Positions 31,288 to 40,873 of a stretch of 64,000 nucleotides of DNA are shown piece after piece; within the stretch, counting starts at the first letter, position 1, and the number at the start of each line of letters is the position of its first letter. The stretch spans positions 64,001 through 128,000 of the forward strand of contig CAZLEV010000003.1 of the NCBI GenBank assembly GCA_964558645.1, read 5' to 3'. Made by a program: the position numbers and the translations under genes. Origin of the DNA: an uncultured archaeon (GTDB lineage: Archaea > Asgardarchaeota > Thorarchaeia > Thorarchaeales > Thorarchaeaceae). The notes beneath the pieces were generated by a model that searched no databases, was not told where the DNA came from, and worked only from the letters and a program-made list of their open reading frames with translations.

Positions 31288-32256
31288 TCATACCTCTCTC
31301 CAGTTATGGCATTCAATATAGGATCTCTTGCGTCCTTCGATAGGCTCTCCGATTGGCTTGACATTTCTGCATATCTCAGTCATATACGGACATCTGGGAT
31401 GGAAGGGACATCCGCTTGGTGGACTCAGCAAATTCGGGGGAGTGCCTGGTATTACAGTCAGTTCCTTATCCAGCTGGTCTATAGTGGGAAACGATCCGAG
31501 GAGTCCCATTGTATATGGGTGCTTGGGCTCTAGAATCAAATCCTCTGCATATCCCGTTTCCATGATTCTGCCCGCGTACATAATCGCAATGCGTTCACAC
31601 ACCTCTGACAGGACAGCAAGGTCATGAGTGATCCACATCACTGAAAGACCCAGTTTCACCTTCAGATCGTGAATCATCTTCAGAATCGAATGCTGAACGA
31701 CAACATCCAAAGCCGTAGTAGGCTCGTCCAAGAACAAGACCTTTGGATCTGATATCAATGACATCGCAATGAGGACTCTTTGTTTCATTCCGCCTGAGAA
31801 CTCGTGAGGGTAGTTACTTATTCTAGATGGGTCAATCCCCACCATTTCTAGAAGTTTTCTTGCCTTGTCGAGTGCATCCCCTTTATTGAAATCGTCGTAT
31901 CTGGTTAGAGGTTCAATCATCTGGTCGGAAATCCTGAACATGGGATTGAGGGCATGCATCGATTGCTGCAAAACCAGTGCAAGGTCATTCCATCTGTATT
32001 CCACGAATTCTCTCTTATCGAGGGGCATCAGGTCAACACCCTTGTAGATCACCGACCCCTCGATTACCTTATGCGGAGGATGGATTAGCCGCAGAATGGA
32101 CATCGCTAGAGTTGTCTTGCCACATCCTGACTCGCCTGCAATCCCAAGTGTTTCGTTCTCACTGAGACCAAGACTGCATCCATCGACGGCTTTCACGGGA
32201 CCCGATGCAGTGATGTAGCGTGTCTTCATGTCCTTAACTGTCAGTATCTCGCTCAT
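31288..32256 (-). CDS. Oligopeptide/dipeptide ABC ATP-binding protein (OppD/DppD)
   Basis: GESGCGKTT, FSGGMKQR, DEPTTALD, GCPFHPRC. Confidence 0.94.
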   Translation of the reverse strand: MSEILTVKDMKTRYITASGPVKAVDGCSLGLSENETLGIAGESGCGKTTLAMSILRLIHPPHKVIEGSVIYKGVDLMPLDKREFVEYRWNDLALVLQQSMHALNPMFRISDQMIEPLTRYDDFNKGDALDKARKLLEMVGIDPSRISNYPHEFSGGMKQRVLIAMSLISDPKVLFLDEPTTALDVVVQHSILKMIHDLKVKLGLSVMWITHDLAVLSEVCERIAIMYAGRIMETGYAEDLILEPKHPYTMGLLGSFPTIDQLDKELTVIPGTPPNLLSPPSGCPFHPRCPYMTEICRNVKPIGEPIEGRKRSYIECHNWREV

Positions 32257-32259
32257 TCT

Positions 32260-33177
32260 CTATATCTCCTCCAGCGAAGTTCCAAGAATCTTGTTCAATG
32301 AGTCTCCGAGCAGACTAAAGCCTAGAACTGTCATGAATATGAAGGCCGAGGGAATCATGGTTGTCCACCAGACACCCGATAATATGGTCTGGCGGGCCGC
32401 TGCTAGATCAGAACCCCACTCTGGTGTTGGCGGAGGTACTCCTAGGCCAAGGAAACCAAGACCCGATATGCTTAGTATAGCTGTAGCAACGCTTATTGTG
32501 AACACAACAACAAGAACTGAGAAGGTCAACGGGAGTACATGACGAAAGACGATGTATAAATCGCTAGCACCGAGAGATACTTCCGCTTCTATAAACTCCT
32601 CTTCAGAGATAGAAACAGCTGCACTCCTTGTCGTTCTGTAGAATCTGGGAACGAGGCCGATAGCAACTGCAATAGAAGTATACAATGGCCCTCCGCCTAA
32701 GGCCACGGACACAAGCAAGGCCGTGAGAAAGGCCGGAAACGCATAAAGACCATCCATAGGTAAAGTCAGAAGTCGGTCGAGCCATCCGCCGTAGTAGCCG
32801 GCAAGGACTCCTAATAGTACTCCAATGCTCGAGGCTATGAGCACGGAAATCAATCCAACAAGCAGTGATACTCTTGCCCCGAAGATAATCCTACTCCATA
32901 CGTCCCTGCCGAGTGTGTCAGTGCCGAAGATATTTGGAAAACCGGGAGGTTGGAGAACGTTTTCAGGATATATCGTCGTCGGGCTATAGGGCGCTATGAA
33001 GTCCGCGACAAGCCCAAGGAGAACAACAAACAGCACGAGACCCAGACCAAGAAAGAACGAAGCTTGGTCTACCCTCTGAAGCGACCACAGCTTGCTTTCC
33101 CTAATTCTGTTACTTGCCTTTGAGAAGTATTCTTTTAGTACTTCTAACGGCGGTCTACTGCTTTCACTTATCTGCAT
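32260..33177 (-). CDS. Oligopeptide/dipeptide ABC permease (OppC/DppC)
   Basis: FGTDTLGRD, EAA-like loop, LGFLGLG.PPPTPEWG. Confidence 0.93.
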   Translation of the reverse strand: MQISESSRPPLEVLKEYFSKASNRIRESKLWSLQRVDQASFFLGLGLVLFVVLLGLVADFIAPYSPTTIYPENVLQPPGFPNIFGTDTLGRDVWSRIIFGARVSLLVGLISVLIASSIGVLLGVLAGYYGGWLDRLLTLPMDGLYAFPAFLTALLVSVALGGGPLYTSIAVAIGLVPRFYRTTRSAAVSISEEEFIEAEVSLGASDLYIVFRHVLPLTFSVLVVVFTISVATAILSISGLGFLGLGVPPPTPEWGSDLAAARQTILSGVWWTTMIPSAFIFMTVLGFSLLGDSLNKILGTSLEEI

Positions 33178-33216
33178 GGTCTTTCTATACCTCTCTCAGT
33201 CTATTAGCTGTTTAGA

Positions 33217-34224
33217 TTAGAATCTCATTCTTGGATCCAGATAGTAGTATGATATATCGATAAGAAGCCCGATGACTGCATTAGTTAGAACAAATAGGGT
33301 CACCACTCCTTGAGTAAGTATGTAGTCTCTTAACGATGCGGCGGTCAGCAATAGTGAGCCTAGACCATTCAGAACGAATACGGATTCAATCAGAACCGAG
33401 CCGGTTAGAAGCGCCCCTGCTTGCATGGCCGTAATCGTAACCACAGGTAGAAGCGCATTTCTGAACGCATGTTTGTTCACGATTGTCTTTTCAGACATGC
33501 CTTTTGCTTCTGCAAGAAGGCAATAACTCCGTTTCATCGCTTTCAGAGTTTCAGACCGTGTTAGCCTTATTGTAACTGCAGCATACCCGGATGCGAGTAC
33601 GAGGGAAGGCAGAAGGAAATGTGAGAACGCATCAACAAAGGCCACAAAATCTCCGGCGAGCAATGAATCGAGGAGTATCATTCCAGTAATAGGTGGTGGC
33701 CTGATTCCTGGGCTTCGAGTGCCAAAGATGGGCAAAACCTGCAGGTAAACTCCGAATATAAGCTGGCACATAACCCCAAGAACGAAGACCGGGATCGCGT
33801 ATAAAGACAGAGTTGCCAGTCTAGTCACATGATCCTCCATCTTACCTGCATTGCGAGCACTCCTCCTTCCGACTGCTATTCCGATTACGACGGAGAAAAT
33901 CCACGCAAGAATTGCCAGTTGTATAGTGACTCCTGCACGCTGCCATATCAGAAATGAAACGTCCTCCCTGAGAATGAAAGATCTTCCGAAGTTTCCAGTA
34001 AAGGCACTTAGCATATAATCAAAGTATTGCATGTGCAGAGGTTGGTCGAGTCCTAGATCAGCTCGAACTTTCTCAATCACTTCTGGAGGTGCATCCTCGC
34101 CAACCATGTTAAGAACTGGATCACCGGGGATGATGTGAATCACAACGAAGATGAAGGTCATCATGAAGAACACGACAAGCGCCATCGTTACTAATCGGTT
34201 TAGAATGTACTTCTTGAAACCCAT
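33217..34224 (-). CDS. Oligopeptide/dipeptide ABC permease (OppB/DppB)
   Basis: PGDP, LGLDQP, AKG...HAFRNALLP, IESVF, LDPR. Confidence 0.93.
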   Translation of the reverse strand: MGFKKYILNRLVTMALVVFFMMTFIFVVIHIIPGDPVLNMVGEDAPPEVIEKVRADLGLDQPLHMQYFDYMLSAFTGNFGRSFILREDVSFLIWQRAGVTIQLAILAWIFSVVIGIAVGRRSARNAGKMEDHVTRLATLSLYAIPVFVLGVMCQLIFGVYLQVLPIFGTRSPGIRPPPITGMILLDSLLAGDFVAFVDAFSHFLLPSLVLASGYAAVTIRLTRSETLKAMKRSYCLLAEAKGMSEKTIVNKHAFRNALLPVVTITAMQAGALLTGSVLIESVFVLNGLGSLLLTAASLRDYILTQGVVTLFVLTNAVIGLLIDISYYYLDPRMRF

Positions 34225-34658
34225 GGGTTATCATCCTCAGGCGTAGGGGCATAGGCCAAAATATTCGATATAAAAGTGTCGCTTGCAGTAAAATAGGGAA
34301 GAATATCCTGCGCAAACTATCAAATAATATCAGCATCCCGGTTTTCGAGCTTATTTTCTCTTTAGTACCAAGGTGGGGCGCTGGGGGGTTGCCTTGGACC
34401 TGCAGCTCATTTGAAGCTTGAGTGAAGCTAGTGTTATGCTGTTAGGGGAAAAATCAATAGTGGCAAGTCCATTACAGTAGAGAGGCTAAATGAGAGCCAC
34501 AGGCGGTTCTGTGGTTTCCAGATGACAACACGTATACATTCGCTTGTGACACTCATACCTCGATCAGGACCTTTACAATTGCTGGGTCGGACGAACTGAA
34601 GAAACGACTGAGATCACACTGAGTAGTAAACCAGCTTCCCATTTCCGTCAGGTCAATA

Positions 34659-34733
34659 ATATTCCCTGAATATTTTGTCGCCAAGAGTTAAATATTGGAA
34701 TATTATGAAAATATTGTATTGTTGTAGATATTC
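34659..34733 (+). promoter_or_regulatory. Cluster of AATATT/ATATTC boxes upstream of the aspartate dehydrogenase-like gene
   Basis: AATATTC-CCT-GAATATT (34658-34674), AATATT at 34691, 34699 and 34710, ATATTC at 34728. Confidence 0.55.
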
Positions 34734-34765
34734 AAAAGCGAACACAGATGATTCCTGGTGATACT

Positions 34766-35551
34766 ATGGATAAGAAAATCGGTCTAATTGGATTTGGACG
34801 AATCGGATTATACGTTTATGAGATGACTGAAAACGATGAGAGTGTATCTCTCGATTTTGCGCTTGACGCAGACCCGGAAAAGACCAAAGCGCTCGATGAG
34901 AGAAAGGTGCTTAGCAGTGCGGAGCAGATTGGAAGTCGGGTTGTTGATCTTGTTGTGGAAGCAGCAAACTCAGATGTTGTCAGAGAACTAGCTCCCAAGA
35001 TTTTGAAATCGAATGATTTGATGGTTTTATCAGTCACGGCTCTTGCTGATGCAGAGTTCTACGACGAGCTCAGGGATGTCTGTGCGAAGAATGGAACACG
35101 TTTGTTCATTCCACACGGCGCATTGTTGGGAATGGATGGACTTTTTGATGCGAAGCACACACTTGACGAAGTCACGATAACGACTACAAAGAACCCCCGA
35201 AACATAGATTTCAGCTACACAGACAAATATAGCGCGGCAGACATCAAGGAGCCTACCGTATTGTACGATGGACCCGCCAGAGGAATATGCAGTATGTTTC
35301 CTAGGAATGTGAACTCACATGCAATTGTGGCCCTAGCAGGGATTGGTTTTGACAAGACTCGTGCAGTTCTGATAGCTGATCCCACGTCAGATGATGCAGT
35401 ACAGCATATTGTCGCAAGAGGTGAGGGAACAGTCCTTGAGATAAAGAGGTCTTCAGCCATCAAGGGAGTGACGGGAGAGTATACCCTTGCCTCCATCTAC
35501 GGTTCCATTCGAAGAGCTGTTCTGAGCCCCCATGGAGTGAATATAGTGTGA
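34766..35551 (+). CDS. L-aspartate dehydrogenase family protein (NadX-like, DUF108)
   Basis: IGFGRIG Rossmann motif, VVEAA, PHGALLGMD, YDGPAR...FPRNVN. Confidence 0.85.
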   Translation: MDKKIGLIGFGRIGLYVYEMTENDESVSLDFALDADPEKTKALDERKVLSSAEQIGSRVVDLVVEAANSDVVRELAPKILKSNDLMVLSVTALADAEFYDELRDVCAKNGTRLFIPHGALLGMDGLFDAKHTLDEVTITTTKNPRNIDFSYTDKYSAADIKEPTVLYDGPARGICSMFPRNVNSHAIVALAGIGFDKTRAVLIADPTSDDAVQHIVARGEGTVLEIKRSSAIKGVTGEYTLASIYGSIRRAVLSPHGVNIV

Positions 35552-35597
35552 AACACACCTGTGATGCTTCTCAGGAACGAATGGAGAGTAGAAAGGA

Positions 35598-36935
35598 ATG
35601 ACAACATTAGATGAGAGAATTGCGAGTTTCGTGGATGAGCTATCTTACAGGTCTCTTCCTAAAGATGTAGTGGAACATGCCAAGACCTTGATTCTGCATC
35701 ACCTATATACGGGCTATGCAGGAATAAGTGAGGAAGAAACGCAGATTGCTGCATCGATTGCATTAGATGACATTAGGGGCGAGGGAGAGTCCACCGTACT
35801 TGGTAGGAAGCGTAAGACCTCCGCGCCACTGGCGGCATTTGTTAACGCAACATTCATGCATGGAGTTCAGCAAGAAGACACCTATCGCGGCCTTCATCCC
35901 GGCCCTCATACTATCCCGGCGGCAATTGCGATTGGTGAGGAGCGTAAGGGCGACGGCGTCACCTTCCTTGAGTCGATAGTCGCAGGGTATGAGGTCAATC
36001 TTCATCTGGGGGAGTCATTTGCCAAGTATACGAGCCCCAACGGGTGGAGAGGGACAACCATCTATGGTGTTCTCGGGGTTGCCGCAACATCTGCCAAGAT
36101 GCTGGGCCTAGATAGTCCACAGATTGCTGACGCTCTGTCGCATTCCACGAATATGGCCGGCGGTTTGATGCAGTGTTGGCTGGAAGGGACTCCTGAATGG
36201 CTATATGCTAGCGGTCTTGCTGCTCAGAATGGTCTCGTGAGCGCGCTGCTTGCTGAGCGCGGAGCGGTCGGAGCTCGTTCATCCTTTGCCGGTCCAAAGG
36301 GATTCCTGAAGGCCTTCTGCGGTATAGTTCCTGACGACGCTGAGGAGCTACCGGACAAGATGGAGCGGGAGTTCCTAACACCCAAGGTCATTCTCAAACC
36401 TTATTCAGTTATTACTTCAATTCTCCCCGTTATTCACAACGTAGTTATGCTTCGTGAGAGAGAAGGTATCATTTGGGATGAGATAAAGTCGATTGAGATT
36501 GTAGCTGAGCCGCGGGTCACTCACGGCCCTCTTGCAGCCTCGATTCTCGATTCTGGACCGTACACAAACAAAACACAGGCCTACAAATCATTGCCGTGTG
36601 CAACAGGCATTGCGTTGCGTTTCGGCACAGTGCTCCCGCATACTGTTTCCAAGTTCGAGAACAAGGATGTGAGTAGTCTGGCGGCATTGGTTGATGTTAA
36701 GATGGAGGAATCCTATGAGAGTTTCTATAGCTCCGTAGAAATACTCACGCAAGATGGTTCGAAGTACTCTATCGAAGGCGAGGCCTTTCCGAGTCTTAGT
36801 CCAGAGGAGGTTCGGGAGAATCTGCTGCTTGCAGCTTCTGAATACGTTGGAGAAGAGAAGACTCGCAAGATGATCGGCGTCATTGAGAATCTTGAGAGAG
36901 AGTCTGTTGAATCTCTCTCGAAGTGTCTTTCCTGA
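35598..36935 (+). CDS. MmgE/PrpD family protein (second, divergent)
   Basis: AAFVNA...QEDT...HPG, GYEV, GWRGT, GPKGF, LKPYS. Confidence 0.88.
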   Translation: MTTLDERIASFVDELSYRSLPKDVVEHAKTLILHHLYTGYAGISEEETQIAASIALDDIRGEGESTVLGRKRKTSAPLAAFVNATFMHGVQQEDTYRGLHPGPHTIPAAIAIGEERKGDGVTFLESIVAGYEVNLHLGESFAKYTSPNGWRGTTIYGVLGVAATSAKMLGLDSPQIADALSHSTNMAGGLMQCWLEGTPEWLYASGLAAQNGLVSALLAERGAVGARSSFAGPKGFLKAFCGIVPDDAEELPDKMEREFLTPKVILKPYSVITSILPVIHNVVMLREREGIIWDEIKSIEIVAEPRVTHGPLAASILDSGPYTNKTQAYKSLPCATGIALRFGTVLPHTVSKFENKDVSSLAALVDVKMEESYESFYSSVEILTQDGSKYSIEGEAFPSLSPEEVRENLLLAASEYVGEEKTRKMIGVIENLERESVESLSKCLS

Positions 36936-37003
36936 GGCAGAAGAAATGTCCTGCGCCTAGACCATTAGAACAATCTGTAGTTGGCTCATGGAATACTGCG
37001 CCC

Positions 37004-37408
37004 CTACAGATTGGCTCTTTGTTTCGTGGATGACTTCACGAAATCTAGGATCCTCTCAAATGTTTCTGTATGAATCATGTGTTCGATTTTGCAGGCATCC
37101 ATTTCGGCTGTTTCTTCATCAATGCCCAGAAGCATGAAGAACTCCTTGAGCACACGATAGGTCTTCTCTAACTCCATTGCAACCTTTCGACCCTTCTTGG
37201 TGAGGTTGACAGTCCTGTATCGTTCATAATCAACCATGTTGAGCTCAGAGAGCTTCTTGAGGGCCACTGTAACACTGGGTGCTTTGACCTCCATTGCTTG
37301 AGCGATGTCCGACACGCTTGCTGAGCCGTTTTTCATCTCCAATCTGTGAATCGTCTTCACATACATCTCCATGGCATCACTCAAGGTCACGATGATCTTC
37401 TCCTGCAT
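37004..37408 (-). CDS. DtxR/MntR family metal-dependent transcriptional regulator
   Basis: EMYVKTI, HTH SDIAQAMEVKAPSVT, LTKKG, DACKIEH. Confidence 0.9.
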   Translation of the reverse strand: MQEKIIVTLSDAMEMYVKTIHRLEMKNGSASVSDIAQAMEVKAPSVTVALKKLSELNMVDYERYRTVNLTKKGRKVAMELEKTYRVLKEFFMLLGIDEETAEMDACKIEHMIHTETFERILDFVKSSTKQRANL

Positions 37409-37667
37409 TAGCGTACATCCTCCCTTTGTCAGTTACATAATAGGTCTCACCCAGATCCCCTATCAGATTGCACCCAGATGCCATTGGGCATGATGAGCAG
37501 CCCGCATCTTTTGGTGCAGTACATTCGCTAGGTCGCAAGAGACCTCTACGAACCAGCAGTTGGAGGATGTCCTGAAGTGTAGCCTCTTGAATACCCACCT
37601 TTTTCGCGATTTGCTTCTCAGTAAGCATCCCCTCAGCGATGATGAGACGAAGTATCTTCTTGATCAA
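37377..37667 (-). CDS. FeoC-like winged-helix protein with Cys cluster
   Basis: wHTH (IAKKVGI...LQLLVRRG) followed by C-x6-CxxC-x5-C, in the feo operon. Confidence 0.7.
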   Translation of the reverse strand: MIKKILRLIIAEGMLTEKQIAKKVGIQEATLQDILQLLVRRGLLRPSECTAPKDAGCSSCPMASGCNLIGDLGETYYVTDKGRMYANAGEDHRDLE

Positions 37668-38131
37668 TGACCCTGCCCTCCTGATATCCGATGCCCATTT
37701 TCATGGAGCTGGCTGAATGCGCTGGAGATTCCAAGGACTGCAAGTGTGATGACAAAAAGCCAAATAGATGGAGTGAGATGCTGTTGCACAGTCCAATCGC
37801 TCCAGTCCTCGAACCCTAGTATCCAACCGAGCGTTCCTGTGCCGATTATGACCAGTTGTACCACGCATATCAGGCCCGCTATTAGGATTCCAACGACCAC
37901 AAAAGACACGCCCTCCCGTTTCCCGCTTCGAATCGGTTTCACACCAGTAAGGAAGACTGAGGCAACCACTACTAGCAAGAGTCCTCCGAGGAAGTCAGTC
38001 ATTCCCACAACATACGGGAGGAATCCGAGAGAAACTCCAATCTGCAAGACTCCTGCGGCAAGGTAAGCCACTCCTAGCACGAGTGCCAGCACGAGCGCGT
38101 TCTTGTTCACAATCTCTGGAATCTCAGCCAA
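37664..38131 (-). CDS. Hypothetical membrane protein in the feo operon
   Basis: Four hydrophobic helices; overlaps its neighbours. Confidence 0.65.
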   Translation of the reverse strand: MAEIPEIVNKNALVLALVLGVAYLAAGVLQIGVSLGFLPYVVGMTDFLGGLLLVVVASVFLTGVKPIRSGKREGVSFVVVGILIAGLICVVQLVIIGTGTLGWILGFEDWSDWTVQQHLTPSIWLFVITLAVLGISSAFSQLHENGHRISGGQGH

Positions 38132-39452
38132 AGAAGAACCCTCCTATGAGAACAGCGAGCGACGCCATGCCATATGCGAGAAGCACCTGATAGGCTACTG
38201 AAAACGCGGTCCATCCCCATGAACCTGTTTCCTTCTTGACAGCTCCAACAGTAGCGAGACAGGGGACATAGAGAAGAACGAACAGCATGAGTGCAAAAGC
38301 CGACACCGGACTTAGAGTTGCCATCAGTGCGGTCTCGATGGCCGTCTCTCCAGAAACAGAGAAGATAATTGACAGCGACTGAACAACTGCTTCTTTTGCC
38401 ACAAAGCCGAAAATAAGGGCAGCAACGACATGCCATGTGAATCCCAGATGAGCGAAAAAGGGTTGCATGCTGGCACCAATGATGGCGATGAATGATTGCT
38501 CAACTGGAACACCGTATCCTCCGGGTCCGAAAGCAGAGAGCCCCCAGACAATGAGGCTTCCGGCAAGAAGAAAGGTGCCCGCCTGCTTCAAGAAGAGAAC
38601 TCCTCTATCCCACATATGTCGGAAAGAGCCGTGTATCGTTGGCAGTTGGTACATAGATAGCTCCATGATGAGAGGTGAAGACTCCTCCTTCAGAATAGTG
38701 CGTTTGAGGACCATAGCCACGATGATGGCCATGATGATTCCAATGATATACATCAAGAATACCATGGTACCTGTGAAGGTCGGGAAGAAGACTCCTGCAA
38801 TGAGTATATACAACGGCAGCCGTCCTGCACAGGACATCAACGGACTGACCAATATCGTTGTCAATCGATTGGATTCTCCATCTACTGTACGGGCCGCCAT
38901 GACTGCTGCGACGCTGCACCCGAAACCAAGGAGTAGTGGAATGAACGAACGCCCTTGGAGCCCCATCTTTGTCATCCATCTGTCCATCACGAACGCCGCC
39001 CGTGAGAGATACCCTGTGTCCTCTAAGATGGATATGGCAAGATAGAGCAAGAATATGGGTGGAATGAAAGTCAGAATGAATCCTACCCCTCCGAGGATCC
39101 CCTCAGTGACAAGTGATGCTAACCACGGAATGGGTATCTGCGATGTGAATCCGCCTAACCATTCAAACAGAGCCTCTATCATAGTCATGAATACCAGGGA
39201 TGCCTCAAAAGTGAAGGTGAACATCGCCCACATCGTTACGAGGAAAATTGGCACTCCGAGATACTTGTGAAGAAACACCTCGTCAAGCATGTCGCTAAGC
39301 TGCCACTTTCCTGCTCCAGGTTCATAGGCCTCGCAAAGGATGTCTCCAATGACCTCGTAGCGCTCATCAGCTAGTACAATCTGAGGATCGATTATGAGCT
39401 GCTCCTCGACGAGGGCTTCACCATTCCTTCTGGCATTCTCGGTCGCTTTCAA
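38124..39452 (-). CDS. feoB: Ferrous iron transporter FeoB, membrane domain (split gene)
   Basis: LEDTGYLSRAAF, GFGCSV, MSCAGRL, AKEAVV, LYVPCLAT. Confidence 0.92.
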   Translation of the reverse strand: MKATENARRNGEALVEEQLIIDPQIVLADERYEVIGDILCEAYEPGAGKWQLSDMLDEVFLHKYLGVPIFLVTMWAMFTFTFEASLVFMTMIEALFEWLGGFTSQIPIPWLASLVTEGILGGVGFILTFIPPIFLLYLAISILEDTGYLSRAAFVMDRWMTKMGLQGRSFIPLLLGFGCSVAAVMAARTVDGESNRLTTILVSPLMSCAGRLPLYILIAGVFFPTFTGTMVFLMYIIGIIMAIIVAMVLKRTILKEESSPLIMELSMYQLPTIHGSFRHMWDRGVLFLKQAGTFLLAGSLIVWGLSAFGPGGYGVPVEQSFIAIIGASMQPFFAHLGFTWHVVAALIFGFVAKEAVVQSLSIIFSVSGETAIETALMATLSPVSAFALMLFVLLYVPCLATVGAVKKETGSWGWTAFSVAYQVLLAYGMASLAVLIGGFFFG

Positions 39453-40261
39453 ACGGCCACCTCCAACAGTTGCTTCTGGAGTTCTTCATCACTAATCAGA
39501 CTCATAACATCGGGGTCACGTTCTAGTATCCTCAAGGCAAGCCAACGCGGCGGGAATCTGTCAAGAATCTCTCGTTCATCCCGCAGAATCTCAAGAATCT
39601 GTTTCAGTTTCCTCTCAATCTCGGTACTGTACTTGATCCTTGGTGGCTTCAATCGTTCGAATTCTCCGTGATGATGCTCTCGAGGATGATAGTGAAGATG
39701 GTCTCCTCCATTGATGTCACCTGGCAGATGGAGGTCTGCTCTCTCATACCTCTCCTTCGACAGTGCGTGTTCTTCAGCAGCCTCAAGGATCGCCTGCTTG
39801 AGGTTGTCCATTCCCTCCCCCTTTGTGGCTACAGTCGTGACAACCTTCGCTCCGAGCCTCTCTGAAAGTCTCTGTGTGTCGAGCTTATCTCCTCGGCTCC
39901 TGACCACATCATACATGTTTAGAACTACAACAAGGTTGAGCTGCAGTTCCACGAGTAATAGAGTGAGGTAGAGATTTCTCTCTATCTGGGAGGCATTGAC
40001 GATATCGACAACCACATCAGGCCTTGTGTGGATGAGATAGTCTCTAGCAACCCTCTCATCTTCGGAGAGTGCACTCAGGCTATACACACCGGGAAGGTCA
40101 ACAATCTCAAACTCATGTCCCTTGTACTCGAAGAACCCTATCTTCTGCTCAACTGTCTTCCCCGGCCAATTGCCTGTGTGCTGCTTCAAACCTGTCAGGT
40201 TATTGAAGACCACTGACTTTCCAACGTTTGGATTCCCTATCAGAGCAACACGAACCTTCAT
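39449..40261 (-). CDS. feoB: Ferrous iron transporter FeoB, GTPase domain (split gene)
   Basis: GNPNVGKS, GNWPGKTVE, DLPGVYSL, NMYD; His-rich insert. Confidence 0.92.
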   Translation of the reverse strand: MKVRVALIGNPNVGKSVVFNNLTGLKQHTGNWPGKTVEQKIGFFEYKGHEFEIVDLPGVYSLSALSEDERVARDYLIHTRPDVVVDIVNASQIERNLYLTLLLVELQLNLVVVLNMYDVVRSRGDKLDTQRLSERLGAKVVTTVATKGEGMDNLKQAILEAAEEHALSKERYERADLHLPGDINGGDHLHYHPREHHHGEFERLKPPRIKYSTEIERKLKQILEILRDEREILDRFPPRWLALRILERDPDVMSLISDEELQKQLLEVAV

Positions 40262-40653
40262 CTTGCTGATGTCGCCTCCTTAACTAGCACCCTCTCAGCC
40301 AACGCGTGTCCAAGGGCAATTCTGGTCCCTCTTATCTCTACAAGTACAGGTCCCTTTGATCCGCCCTGAACCACCTTGAATTTACATCCTCTTGTAAGCC
40401 CCAAATCGACAAGTCTTCCCATTATCTCTCTCATTTCAGAATGCGGGTTCTTTCTGAAATGCTGTTTGAAGGGTCCTTTCATGAGCTTGTGACGCCTACC
40501 CCGACGACCATGACCACGTCCTCTCCTAGGCCCGATAACAGCATCTACCTTGCTTCCTGCGAGACCTATTATCGCGTATTCTGCGCCCGGTTCTGCCTCT
40601 GTAAGCCTCTGAACTGTTGAAGTCTCCTTGTCATGTGAACCGGTATCATCCAT
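40258..40653 (-). CDS. feoA: FeoA family protein with basic insertion
   Basis: RLVDLGLTRG...GPVLVEIRGTRIALG..LAERVLV. Confidence 0.85.
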   Translation of the reverse strand: MDDTGSHDKETSTVQRLTEAEPGAEYAIIGLAGSKVDAVIGPRRGRGHGRRGRRHKLMKGPFKQHFRKNPHSEMREIMGRLVDLGLTRGCKFKVVQGGSKGPVLVEIRGTRIALGHALAERVLVKEATSAR

Positions 40654-40731
40654 ATGCTTCTGCTTCCTTGCTTTCTACTAGGTTGACCTTATGGAGAGCC
40701 TTCTGTTTGATTTTGAGCTTAGACACCAAAC

Positions 40732-40766
40732 TTAGCTTCGACTAACTCCAACTTAGACTAGTCTAA
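40732..40766. promoter_or_regulatory. Two DtxR/MntR-type operator palindromes upstream of feoA
   Basis: TTAGCTTCGACTAA (40732-40745) and the perfect palindrome TTAGACTAGTCTAA (40753-40766), TTAG-N6-CTAA, 21 bp apart, just downstream of a minus-strand TTATAT box near 40785. Confidence 0.7.
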
Positions 40767-40873
40767 ATCAGAGACGAGCGCAATATAAGGCTTGTCACAC
40801 GGACCTCATTCCATTGTTCGCACGAAGGGCGCAATGGTTATCTTCGTGTCTATCATTGAGAAGGTGAGCTGCT

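Noticed and set aside
34766-35551. De novo NAD biosynthesis operon
   Set aside because: No nadA/nadC nearby; the gene is paired with a PrpD protein
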